A DNA stretch of 64,000 nt, from sequence record NZ_CP143948.1. One strand, written 5' to 3'. This DNA is from a plasmid. The translations under genes and the position numbers were made by a program. Positions 1 through 8,586 of the stretch are shown in pieces (positions within the stretch are counted from its first letter, which is position 1; each line of letters begins with the position of its first letter). Under the pieces are notes generated by a model. The model was not told the origin of the DNA. It saw only the letters and a program-made list of their open reading frames with translations, and did not search any database.

Positions 1-123
1 AGCATATGTGCTGTACTTCGTATATCTAACCAGATTGTAACCCGCATTGAAGTGAGGATTACGGGATAGTAAACCTTATGAACCTAAGAAGTTCTGTTAA
101 ATGTCTGGTAGTGAGACTAGGAT

Positions 124-510
124 TTAAGCCTGCCCGTGGGGAGGCTTAGTTGTGATGCAATCTTTTACAAAATCTTCATAAGATGAATATAATTGAAAGA
201 TTGCCATATTCTTTGATTCTAGTGCTCTTTCTGAACTCCAATAAATAATTGAAATTCCATTATTCTGATAATATAGACATAAATAATCATCATCTAAAAT
301 AGCAAACGGAATGACATCATAATCAAATAAATTTTCCTGTTCTTTATATACTTCTAACATTTCGTCCATTGGAATAACTACAAAGTTTTCCGTTACACCA
401 TCAATTAATATATCCAGTATCCTTTGGGTTGCAATGATTGATTTTATTTCTTTAGGAATAATTCTATTCAGAGCTATTTCAATTGCATATTTCATTTCAA
501 TTACCTCCAA
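124..510 (-). CDS. SMI1/KNR4 (SUKH-1)-like immunity protein, last gene of the orphan toxin/immunity array
   Basis: 128-aa acidic cytoplasmic protein whose profile (…YDVIPFAILDDDYLCLY…IIYWS…) resembles SUKH/Knr4 immunity proteins. It overlaps the upstream toxin-fragment ORF by 14 nt. Confidence 0.45.
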   Translation of the reverse strand: MEVIEMKYAIEIALNRIIPKEIKSIIATQRILDILIDGVTENFVVIPMDEMLEVYKEQENLFDYDVIPFAILDDDYLCLYYQNNGISIIYWSSERALESKNMAIFQLYSSYEDFVKDCITTKPPHGQA

Positions 511-808
511 CCAACGGAAATTGGCTCATTCTAATGGTCTTCTTACCTTGCGTATTTAATGGAATAAACACTCTGTGTGTACCAGTTGGTGTATCACTCG
601 TACTAATATTAAAAAGGTACTCTTTCTTGTATATCATTACATTTTGATCTTTATTATAAATTACTTCATCCAGCTTCATAATAGTATCTTCACACAATTT
701 TCCAACATTAACAGCCTTTCCATATTGAGTTTTTTTAGGTGTAGATACAGTATCAGGATCATACATGTGTTTTCGTGAATGAATTGAAATGTAATCCGAA
801 GCATCCAA
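497..808 (-). CDS. orphan polymorphic-toxin C-terminal fragment, N-terminally truncated
   Basis: 103-aa ORF with no secretion domain, immediately upstream of and overlapping a SUKH-like immunity gene. This pairing is the typical orphan toxin-CT/immunity arrangement. Confidence 0.3.
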   Translation of the reverse strand: MDASDYISIHSRKHMYDPDTVSTPKKTQYGKAVNVGKLCEDTIMKLDEVIYNKDQNVMIYKKEYLFNISTSDTPTGTHRVFIPLNTQGKKTIRMSQFPLVGGN

Positions 809-863
809 TCCCCCATTTTCTTTAAAAAACTCTGTATTTTCTATTGACTTCCCATAGCTGGTC

Positions 864-890
864 TTGACATAAACTCTTTACCCTTATAAT
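864..890 (+). promoter_or_regulatory. sigma-A-like promoter (TTGACA-15nt-TATAAT) inside a 1-kb ORF-free spacer
   Basis: TTGACA at 864-869 and TATAAT at 885-890. The spacer is short and there is no downstream ORF of at least 60 aa. Confidence 0.2.
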
Positions 891-1886
891 TATCCAAGCC
901 GATGCCTCTCTTTTGAAAAATAAATACACTTCCCAAAGCCGACTGTTTCATCTGCTTAAAATTCTACCACATATTTGAAATTTGCTCTACATATTTTCCA
1001 TTACTGGCATTCTGTACTCTGTACCGTTTTTTAGCATTCCATGGTTTGAGATTGCAGGAGATTATCCATCATTGTCTAAGTTGTCTGTATTTATGAGACC
1101 CAGCGAATTGTTAGTAACCTGTCTCTGAATGTCATAATTCATCTTGAAGTGAAACTGAATTGCCATCAAATCTTGAAAAACACTTATCTTCCTTAGGTTT
1201 TAGTGTACATTCTAACAGTTCTGTGCTATAAAAATGAGCAAACAGATATTCTTCTCATACCACCACAATATGAAGAAAACTAATATAAAATCTCGTATCG
1301 AAATAATAATGCAGGGTTCTATGCTTCTTACATAAATTCAGATAAAATAAGGTTTTCTAGCACCTATAAAAACATCAGTTCCGTGGAGCAACTATATTTC
1401 TCCATTAGCAGAAATGCAGATACTGTATAGTTTTCCAGAAAAGGCTAAAAACTTTGTCCGACACTTTGGTCTGAGTACAACGATTTCATCATTATACAGA
1501 AATGCATCTCTTAAAATTATCAGTATAACGAAGAAAATCTGTAAATGGATTACCGCTTTTTAGAGACCATTTTTTATGTCTGAAATACCGCTTGTAATAC
1601 TGACTTTTATAAAATATCCTTACCATTTATAAAAATACCTTCACAGAAAAACGCACCCTTTCGCAACATTTTGTTACTAAGAGTGCGTTCCATCAGCATG
1701 TCATTTTTCAATGTTCGTTCGTATACCCAACTCGGCAAAATTTCGCTAGCGTCTATTAATTAACATCATGGATTCTTAATTGCTTCTGGGCAGCCATGAT
1801 GGTTAATTATTAGACGTGCAGGAGTTATAGGTTGTTGGGAGTCCGAAAGAATAAACATATAAATAACCAAGCATCCTCTTTCAACA

Positions 1887-2504
1887 CTACTTTTTTAAAT
1901 TAGAAAGCATTTTCTCTGCTTTATCCATTTCGCCTAATAAAGGATTCATATAATCACTAAACGCATCTAAATAAGCTCTACACCCACCACTAATCATAAT
2001 TTTACTAATATCTTCATTACTTGATATAATTTCTTCAGCTTTCATATATCTATCATATAATGTTTTTAGAATAGGTCTGTTAGGCTCAAGTATTATACGT
2101 TGTTCCAACAATTCAATTACTTTTCTAACCTGTTTTTTTATTTCAATTACATTTTCATCCATAGCTGGTCTCCCCACATCTTCTACACTGTCTTCTGTTG
2201 TTTTTCTTACTACTTCAACATCAGACTTTACCGTCTTATTTCGTATCCTTAATATCCCATTATAATCTATCTTATTCGACTGAATAAGTTCTTCTATCTT
2301 CCGCACTGCTCTAAGTTCTGCCTCTATCATTCCCGCAGTACTTCCACTTTCCAGAAAATGCAGATACACCTCTGCTTCTTTTGCCGATACCAAATCTGTT
2401 AAATTTGAATAATTCCCTTCCTCTATCGTCTGACCAATCCTCTTAAGCTCATCATTATTCAGTGTCCTAGTCCCTATCTCTATCCCCTCTGCATTTTTAA
2501 GCAA
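1887..2504 (-). CDS. orphan LXG-toxin C-terminal cassette that retains a divergent recombination handle
   Basis: The N-terminus LKNAEGIEIGTRTLNNDELKRIG matches LFKNADGIEIGSKTLSDAEVKKIG of the full-length toxin. The frame stays open upstream (…SISGNKLLLKNAEG). There is no start context and no LXG domain. Confidence 0.45.
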   Translation of the reverse strand: MLKNAEGIEIGTRTLNNDELKRIGQTIEEGNYSNLTDLVSAKEAEVYLHFLESGSTAGMIEAELRAVRKIEELIQSNKIDYNGILRIRNKTVKSDVEVVRKTTEDSVEDVGRPAMDENVIEIKKQVRKVIELLEQRIILEPNRPILKTLYDRYMKAEEIISSNEDISKIMISGGCRAYLDAFSDYMNPLLGEMDKAEKMLSNLKK

Positions 2505-2534
2505 CAGCTTATTCCCGGAAATACTTACCGTACA
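2461..2534. repeat. divergent third copy (~75% identity) of the toxin recombination handle
   Basis: ccctatctctatcccctctgcatttttaagcaacagcttattcccggaaatacttaccgt resembles the sequence at 3906-4063 and 5641-5798. Confidence 0.5.
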
Positions 2535-2577
2535 TGATTCATTAGCATTAATAGAAATCTATCTTCTTTGCCATCTC

Positions 2578-3054
2578 CTATTCAATAATATTAAAGTCGT
2601 ACTTCTTGCAATAGTAATTATTAAAATTTTCAATATTTTTCCATGGATTCTTTTTTGTCATTCCATTCTTATATGTAACACTTTCCTGCAATTGTTCCTT
2701 TTTTTCATTTAGTGCTGTTCTTATCTTCTCTGCAATTATTTTTCTATCTAATGTAAAAGTCGCTTTATTTCTTTCTTCCTGAAAAATACAAGCATCAAAG
2801 TATAACACTGCTATATAAACATCACCGGCATCTCCTAATAATAATTTTTCAAGTCCTGTTGTAAAAATCTTTTCAATATTTTCAATCTTTTTAATCTGCT
2901 TATAAAAACACTCTACTAACACAGATGTGATATCTGTTGGAAAAATATCTGGTGAAAATTCTGACACTATAACTTCATATTCTTTTTCTCCACGTAATAA
3001 CTGTAAAACCTCATTTTTTTCAATTGCAGTATTAATTAAAACATCATAGTTCAT
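2578..3054 (-). CDS. putative immunity protein (orphan cassette)
   Basis: 158-aa cytoplasmic acidic protein inside the cassette array. Its start overlaps the stop of the next gene by 4 nt. Confidence 0.35.
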   Translation of the reverse strand: MNYDVLINTAIEKNEVLQLLRGEKEYEVIVSEFSPDIFPTDITSVLVECFYKQIKKIENIEKIFTTGLEKLLLGDAGDVYIAVLYFDACIFQEERNKATFTLDRKIIAEKIRTALNEKKEQLQESVTYKNGMTKKNPWKNIENFNNYYCKKYDFNIIE

Positions 3055-3527
3055 AATTTTCCTTTTTTTATTTGTGAAATCGCTCCTAATACATGATTCA
3101 TTAGCATTAATAAAAATCTATCTTCTTTACTATCCCCTTCTAATTCCTTAAAATAAATACCCTTTTTGGTTTTTAGATACACCCTTACATTTTTGCTTTC
3201 GTAATACTCTATGTTCTCGGTTTTTTCCATACTGCCCAGTACCTGATGGCTACTTATAAGTACAGATTGCATGGCTTTCATTACTTCTGCATTTTTCTCT
3301 AAATCTACCATAACATTTCCGCTCCCATGGTAAATATGCGTATTAAGTCCAAAAACCAGTGCTAACGTTTGTGTTTGAAAACCAATAATATTACTTTTTA
3401 ATGGTATATCAAACACTGCTATATACACCTGCTCATCGTTGTCCAAACTTAAATTCATATCCCGATATGAATATCTTAAAACCCGTTCTCTTAATGTTAA
3501 GTATCTTTCTGAGACCTTGTTTTCCAT
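3051..3527 (-). CDS. putative immunity protein for the 3552-4052 toxin cassette
   Basis: 158-aa ORF directly downstream of a toxin C-terminal module. Its 3' tail sequence (…FLLMLMNHV) recurs at 2535-2577, fused to the toxin handle. Confidence 0.4.
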   Translation of the reverse strand: MENKVSERYLTLRERVLRYSYRDMNLSLDNDEQVYIAVFDIPLKSNIIGFQTQTLALVFGLNTHIYHGSGNVMVDLEKNAEVMKAMQSVLISSHQVLGSMEKTENIEYYESKNVRVYLKTKKGIYFKELEGDSKEDRFLLMLMNHVLGAISQIKKGKL

Positions 3528-3551
3528 TTATATACCTCCATAGTCAGTCTT

Positions 3552-4052
3552 TTATTGACTTCTTTTTACTCTTTTTATTCTTTTTACTCCTTGCTTATTC
3601 TTAATATAAACTTTATCATCCTTGTATATATACAAATCAAAGTCATTTTCTCTTAATACTTCTTTTAATAAACAAATAACCTCATGTATATTATCTTGAC
3701 TTAAACCACTTTCGTATTTTTTTATTCTACTTAAAGGAGTCGAAGCCTTTTCTTTATCCTCTATGGTAACATTAAATGTTCGCATTTCATTTTCTATAGT
3801 AATAATATAATTTAATGGAACATACTCATAAGATAAAATAAAACTTCCCATTTCCGTTCTGGTATTTTTTTCTATCTCCTTTTCAACAATCTTAATTTCA
3901 TCATCGCTCAGCGTCTTCGACCCAATCTCTATCCCATCTGCATTTTTAAACAGCAATTTATTTCCCGAAATACTTACCGTGATTCCTGCTGCAAGACTCA
4001 GCATCATTGTTATAGGCACCGGCCAGTCAAAGGTTTCTCCCAGTGCTCCCAC
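3552..4052 (-). CDS. orphan LXG-toxin C-terminal cassette (handle plus alternative ~115-aa toxin domain)
   Basis: The first 48 aa (GALGETFDWPVPITMMLSLAAGITVSISGNKLLFKNADGIEIGSKTLSD) are identical to residues of the 598-aa toxin. The C-terminus is different and basic. Confidence 0.55.
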   Translation of the reverse strand: MGALGETFDWPVPITMMLSLAAGITVSISGNKLLFKNADGIEIGSKTLSDDEIKIVEKEIEKNTRTEMGSFILSYEYVPLNYIITIENEMRTFNVTIEDKEKASTPLSRIKKYESGLSQDNIHEVICLLKEVLRENDFDLYIYKDDKVYIKNKQGVKRIKRVKRSQ

Positions 4053-4063
4053 ATCACAGGTTG
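3906..4063. repeat. 158-nt near-identical recombination handle (copy 1, in the orphan cassette)
   Basis: Nearly base-for-base identical to 5641-5798 inside the full-length toxin gene. Confidence 0.85.
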
Positions 4064-4335
4064 CATTTCCTAATATCCATAAAACTATATCCTGTCTATA
4101 GTTCTATCTTCTCTTTTTCCTCTATAATCTCCACGTCTTGCTTAAGGAGTTTTTCACAAAATAATATTCTTCATTTTTTCTACATTAGCTTTAATGTTTT
4201 TTATAATTCCATACGTTCTACACCTATATAACTCTCACCGTAATTTCTATTGCAACTCCAACATTATCGTTATCATTACTGCCCAGTTAGAGGCAAACAT
4301 ATTAACAACATCGTTTTCTTGTATTCATAACATTA

Positions 4336-4905
4336 CTAAAACATATATGCATTTACAATATCATTTTCATCAATACTTAATAGTTTTAACACTTCCTTAT
4401 ACTTATTACAAAAGTCTATAATTTTTTGATAATTTTTACAATAGTTAAAAGCTGCTACAAAGGCTCTACTTAATGACGCTTTTTCAACTATTTTGTTGTC
4501 ATTAAAAATAACATTGGCTTTTTCATCCTCTTTTATAATACATATCTTGTTTATTTGAAAGAAGCCTTCACTAAATATGTTTGTAAATTCATCAAAACAT
4601 TGGTTTACAAATTTTATATCATTTTCATTAACTGCTTTACGCAATTCTCTTACTTTTTCTCGATCTATAATTTTATCATTTAACTTCTTGTAACTTACTA
4701 TTCCAAATATAACTGCCTTTTCATAATTATCCGTTGTATACTTTACTTTTTTGCTACCGCGATGATTTTCATTAACAACATATACATCGTTTTCATTGAC
4801 TATAGAAATATAGTTTTCTAGGTCTACTTTTCCTTTCATCTCTGTAATTATCTTGTTTTCTATTTTTAAATTTTCTTTATTCAATACGTGTTGTGCATTA
4901 CTCAA
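4336..4905 (-). CDS. cognate immunity protein of the LXG toxin
   Basis: 189-aa cytoplasmic protein whose start overlaps the toxin stop by 8 nt, indicating translational coupling. Confidence 0.5.
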   Translation of the reverse strand: MSNAQHVLNKENLKIENKIITEMKGKVDLENYISIVNENDVYVVNENHRGSKKVKYTTDNYEKAVIFGIVSYKKLNDKIIDREKVRELRKAVNENDIKFVNQCFDEFTNIFSEGFFQINKICIIKEDEKANVIFNDNKIVEKASLSRAFVAAFNYCKNYQKIIDFCNKYKEVLKLLSIDENDIVNAYMF

Positions 4906-6694
4906 TTACAATCTCTCCTTTATTTACCAACTCTGTGACATCTTCTATTATACCTGTTTCTTCCAACTCTTTTATAGTATACTTTGATCCATCTGGCTTA
5001 TAAACAACATACTGTTGTGCTCCTCCCTCACTTCCAAACCAAGGTGCAGCTTTTCCAGTTGTAAATTCATAATCTTCTACTAATTGATAATAATGAATTT
5101 CTGCCCCTTCACTATGAGGTGCTAATGCCCTTGATTCAAACGAATCTACTGAGTTTCCTAAAAATTCTCCGTTATTAGCTCCATATCTCTTAAATAGTGT
5201 ATCAGTGGGTATAACCTTTTTACACTTACTTCCTTCCTTAAAACCATCATTTGGTGGCCAATGAATTTCACCTGTTTTCTGATTATAATACTTAGGATTA
5301 TCATAAATTTCTTTATATTTTATATACAATTCATCACTCGGTGTAAATTTCCATCCTTGAATCTTTTTCCTATCCTCACTACTAATCGAATTAACAATTT
5401 TATCCCATGTACTTTTTCCAATAAGTTTTAGTCTCTCATCCTCTGTTAGCTGTTCCCCTATTTTCCTAAGCATTACTCTTTCTTCTTCAGACAATGTTGA
5501 AACATCCCGTAATCGTAATGCATTAAATTCTTCCAACGTTACTCCCTTGTTTTTTAATATATTATTAAGGTCTTCGCTAACAAAATTTATATCTAGTCCT
5601 TCATCCAACACATCCCCGATTTTTTTAACCTCAGCATCACTCAGCGTCTTCGACCCAATCTCTATCCCATCTGCATTTTTAAATAACAACTTATTTCCCG
5701 AAATACTTACCGTGATTCCTGCTGCAAGACTCAGCATCATTGTTATAGGCACCGGCCAGTCAAAGGTTTCTCCCAGTGCTCCCACACCACAGGCTGCTGT
5801 ATTTCCCGCAAAGTCTATCAGGGCTGTTTTTCCAAATGCCTTAAGTCCTTCTTTTAATCCCATTTCCGAGAACTTTGTTGCTGCAATGGCGCCTCCAAGC
5901 GTAACCAAATCCACCATTGCAAAGACCACCTTAAGTCCACGTTCCATGTCTGTCAGGTCTTCTCCGGTTATCAAATCTTCTCCGGTACATGCCTCTATGA
6001 CAGGTTTGATAATTGTGATATCCAATACGGACGAAACAAAGTTTAAAAATGGGTTACTGCTGTCATGGGTAAATTCTCCCTGCCTATAAAACTGCTCCAA
6101 AAATTCCTGTTGGGTAAGATTATTGTCTTCTCCCAAAGCTCCAGATGCTTTCATTGCCTCATACTGTGCTGCAAAGATACTTGCAAAATCTTCTACACTT
6201 CCATTGGTATATGCCATATGAAGCCCATTTCCATCCGCCTTTCCGTCAGAAGTTCCAATAAAATCTGCAAAAGTCAGCTTTGCTTTTTCCTGTTCTACCA
6301 TGGTTCCGGCATATCCCATTCCGCCGGTTATATAATTATTTTCTGTCAGTCCCAGTGTATTATCTACCTCAAAGTCTTCCAGATGGATTCGGCTGATTGT
6401 TTCTGTAGCATTTTTCTTGAAATCTTTCTTTAAAGGCTGATCCAGCTTATCATCCACGTAACAATTTAAGACATCAATATAACGGTGAAGGGTTCCATGC
6501 CCCTCTAAAAGCCTGTCAATATCCTTTTCCCTAGATGTATAGTCAATTCCCAGGTCAATTTCATCTAAAATTGTATCACAGGTCTGCAGTGCCTCGTCCA
6601 CATCCATCATTGTATCATACACATACATACAATTTAAATAGCTTACACCTTTTTCACTCCAATCCATGTATGCTTTTTTTATTTCTTCTTCCAT
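4898..6694 (-). CDS. T7SS LXG-family polymorphic toxin with a putative TNT-like NAD+ glycohydrolase C-terminal domain
   Basis: 598 aa with no signal peptide and a helical N-terminal domain. It is preceded by two small WXG100-like Lap genes. The C-terminus (…LFKRYGANNGEFLG…APWFGSEGGAQQYVV) resembles TNT/DUF4237 motifs. An immunity gene overlaps its stop. Confidence 0.55.
   Translation of the reverse strand: MEEEIKKAYMDWSEKGVSYLNCMYVYDTMMDVDEALQTCDTILDEIDLGIDYTSREKDIDRLLEGHGTLHRYIDVLNCYVDDKLDQPLKKDFKKNATETISRIHLEDFEVDNTLGLTENNYITGGMGYAGTMVEQEKAKLTFADFIGTSDGKADGNGLHMAYTNGSVEDFASIFAAQYEAMKASGALGEDNNLTQQEFLEQFYRQGEFTHDSSNPFLNFVSSVLDITIIKPVIEACTGEDLITGEDLTDMERGLKVVFAMVDLVTLGGAIAATKFSEMGLKEGLKAFGKTALIDFAGNTAACGVGALGETFDWPVPITMMLSLAAGITVSISGNKLLFKNADGIEIGSKTLSDAEVKKIGDVLDEGLDINFVSEDLNNILKNKGVTLEEFNALRLRDVSTLSEEERVMLRKIGEQLTEDERLKLIGKSTWDKIVNSISSEDRKKIQGWKFTPSDELYIKYKEIYDNPKYYNQKTGEIHWPPNDGFKEGSKCKKVIPTDTLFKRYGANNGEFLGNSVDSFESRALAPHSEGAEIHYYQLVEDYEFTTGKAAPWFGSEGGAQQYVVYKPDGSKYTIKELEETGIIEDVTELVNKGEIVIE
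5641..5798. repeat. 158-nt recombination handle (copy 2, inside the full-length toxin gene)
   Basis: Near-identical to 3906-4063. It encodes GALGETFDWPVPITMMLSLAAGITVSISGNKLLFKNADGIEIGSKTLSD. Confidence 0.85.
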
Positions 6695-6699
6695 AACTT

Positions 6700-7047
6700 T
6701 TATTCATTTCCTCCAATTTGTCCAATGACCCATTCCACAACCTGCTGTTCATTATAATACATAGTATTATAAGCATTTTGAATGTACGTTCCTGCCGCCT
6801 GATACAAAAATGTCATTTTCTGCATATTACTGGCTAGGGATTTAAAAAATGCAAGCATCTCCTCTCTGGCCTCCCCCTGATATGTATCCTCTGATTCTAT
6901 ATTTTGTACACACTGTTCACTATAGGTATATGCCTCCAAAATCTTTGCCTGGATATTTCCCAATTCACTTATATAATCCAAAACACCGGCACCTATTTTT
7001 ATTTCTTCTGAGGATCCGCTGCAGGCCGTATCTACGCTACTACGCAT
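6700..7047 (-). CDS. LXG-associated small helical protein (LapA2/YwqI-like, WXG100-like)
   Basis: 115 aa, helical, immediately upstream of the LXG toxin gene with a 6-nt gap. Confidence 0.45.
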   Translation of the reverse strand: MRSSVDTACSGSSEEIKIGAGVLDYISELGNIQAKILEAYTYSEQCVQNIESEDTYQGEAREEMLAFFKSLASNMQKMTFLYQAAGTYIQNAYNTMYYNEQQVVEWVIGQIGGNE

Positions 7048-7681
7048 AATTTTTTACCTCCTCATCAATTGCCAGAAGTCTCAGTAATTCTCTTCTTACT
7101 TGTACTGCACCCACTTCTCTTTTTATCTGCCGATTCAGGTCATACTCAAATATCTGATTATTCTTCCAATAATAAAGCCATTCTTTTGTTAATGCATTAT
7201 CCTGAAATTCTCCTATCATGATATTCTCTTTGCAGTCTTTTACTTCTCTTAAAAAAGAATCAATATCTTGCAGCTGTAAAAGCTCCTTTTCTGATACTGT
7301 TCCAGTCTGTAATACCGGATATATTTTCAATAATAAATATAAGACAGCGACTCTCGGCAGCCGTAACATCTCATATTCTCTATTTTTCAAGGGAATGATC
7401 ACAATTGCCTCTCTTTGTTCCAAAAGTGCAATATGTAAATAATTTATAATAACATGATTCCGGCTTTCCTTATAACATTCCAATGCTCTTGCCGGCAAAA
7501 ATCCCATTTTCGTCAATTCCGTTTCAGATGCAAGCACACCCTTTTCTATCAGTCCATTTATAGTTTTTTTAACTTCCTCTTCATGACCTTTCTGTGGTCG
7601 GAACTTTAACGGAATTCCAAATACCTCATTTCCTTTTGTAATACTATTAAAAAACACCATTTCATGCTCCGTAAATCTCAT
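7040..7681 (-). CDS. T7SS effector accessory protein (possible chaperone or targeting factor)
   Basis: 213 aa, cytoplasmic. It lies between the two Lap-like genes and overlaps both neighbours. Confidence 0.3.
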   Translation of the reverse strand: MRFTEHEMVFFNSITKGNEVFGIPLKFRPQKGHEEEVKKTINGLIEKGVLASETELTKMGFLPARALECYKESRNHVIINYLHIALLEQREAIVIIPLKNREYEMLRLPRVAVLYLLLKIYPVLQTGTVSEKELLQLQDIDSFLREVKDCKENIMIGEFQDNALTKEWLYYWKNNQIFEYDLNRQIKREVGAVQVRRELLRLLAIDEEVKNYA

Positions 7682-8001
7682 TACATGTCCTCCATATCCT
7701 TATACTCCTGAAATTCATCATAAAAATCATCTACTCTGTCACCATGAGATTTTAATGCATCGATTGCCTGCTGCACCGGATTGTCACCGTTAGCCTTTGA
7801 AAAACTTTTATGATATTGTTGCATCAGCCCCATATATGCCATAAAAGTAGTTTTCTCTTTTCCCTTCCACAATTCATCACTCTCAATACGCAACATAAGC
7901 CGGGTCAATTCATCGTAGGAATCATCTATTCTTTCCTTTATTGCTTTCATGTTAGTCAGCAGTTCATTCATATTGCTTCCTGACATTTTAAAATCCTGCA
8001 T
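7681..8001 (-). CDS. LXG-associated small helical protein (LapA1/YwqH-like)
   Basis: 106 aa, helical, acidic C-terminus. Its stop shares a base with the start of the next gene. Confidence 0.45.
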   Translation of the reverse strand: MQDFKMSGSNMNELLTNMKAIKERIDDSYDELTRLMLRIESDELWKGKEKTTFMAYMGLMQQYHKSFSKANGDNPVQQAIDALKSHGDRVDDFYDEFQEYKDMEDM

Positions 8002-8033
8002 ACATTCTCCTTTCCCATAACTAACTAATCAAC

Positions 8034-8501
8034 CTATGACGCTTCTCTTTTTCGCCTTGCCTCTTCCTCCGCAGCTTCTCTTCTTAATCTCTCTTCCTCT
8101 TCATAATATTGCTGCTGATATATCTTCATTTCATCATCTTCACGTTTTGCTTCGTCACACCAGTAATTATATTCATCTCTTGCAAATTCCAATTTTGATT
8201 TTACTTCTGCAATTATTTCTTTAAAATCAGCCCCCAGTTTTTCTACTGCCTCGCGATTTTCACTTTCCTTTGTTACAAAAGTGTCGCTGAGTTTTCCCTG
8301 AGCAGAATCCGGATTCATCTCCATTGTATTGTAATCTGTTGCTAATTGAGCCATAACATCACTTAAATTGTCTGTTTTCTTTAACTCTTTTTCCAAATTC
8401 CTTACTACTTTTTTATATTTATCTCTCTGAGATTCTGCATAGGTTTTCTTTCCAAAAATATCTTCTATTATATATTTTAATCGTTCTAACAGACTTGCCA
8501 T
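8034..8501 (-). CDS. coiled-coil T7SS-associated protein (DUF5082-like). True start is at the internal ATG.
   Basis: GAGGAG RBS 7 nt before ATG(8499-8501). The ORF-track N-terminal extension MIAYANKFAELRPLFVK is read-through of an esxA remnant. The C-terminus is E/R-rich. Confidence 0.4.
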   Translation of the reverse strand: MASLLERLKYIIEDIFGKKTYAESQRDKYKKVVRNLEKELKKTDNLSDVMAQLATDYNTMEMNPDSAQGKLSDTFVTKESENREAVEKLGADFKEIIAEVKSKLEFARDEYNYWCDEAKREDDEMKIYQQQYYEEEERLRREAAEEEARRKREAS

Positions 8502-8520
8502 ATTGCTTCTCCTCTTGTTC

Positions 8521-8579
8521 TGATAAACTTTTACAAATAAAGGTCTGAGCTCTGCAAACTTGTTGGCATAAGCAATCAT
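8521..8579 (-). pseudogene. esxA remnant (internal deletion that removed the WXG-motif region)
   Basis: Nucleotides 8540-8570 match esxA 10305-10335 (…YANKFAELRP…). Nucleotides 8570-8600 match the lipoprotein-stop/esxA 5'UTR at 10527-10562. The junction lies at a gcata microhomology. Confidence 0.5.
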
Positions 8580-8586
8580 ACCGTAT

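Noticed and set aside
5547-6089. 180-aa plus-strand ORF (S/P-rich) antisense to the LXG toxin gene
   Set aside because: It is low-complexity and lies entirely inside a well-supported minus-strand gene, so it is a shadow ORF.
8502-8579. N-terminal 26 residues (MIAYANKFAELRPLFVK…) of the ORF-track 181-aa protein
   Set aside because: These residues are read-through of the deleted esxA remnant. A proper GAGGAG RBS precedes the internal ATG at 8499-8501.
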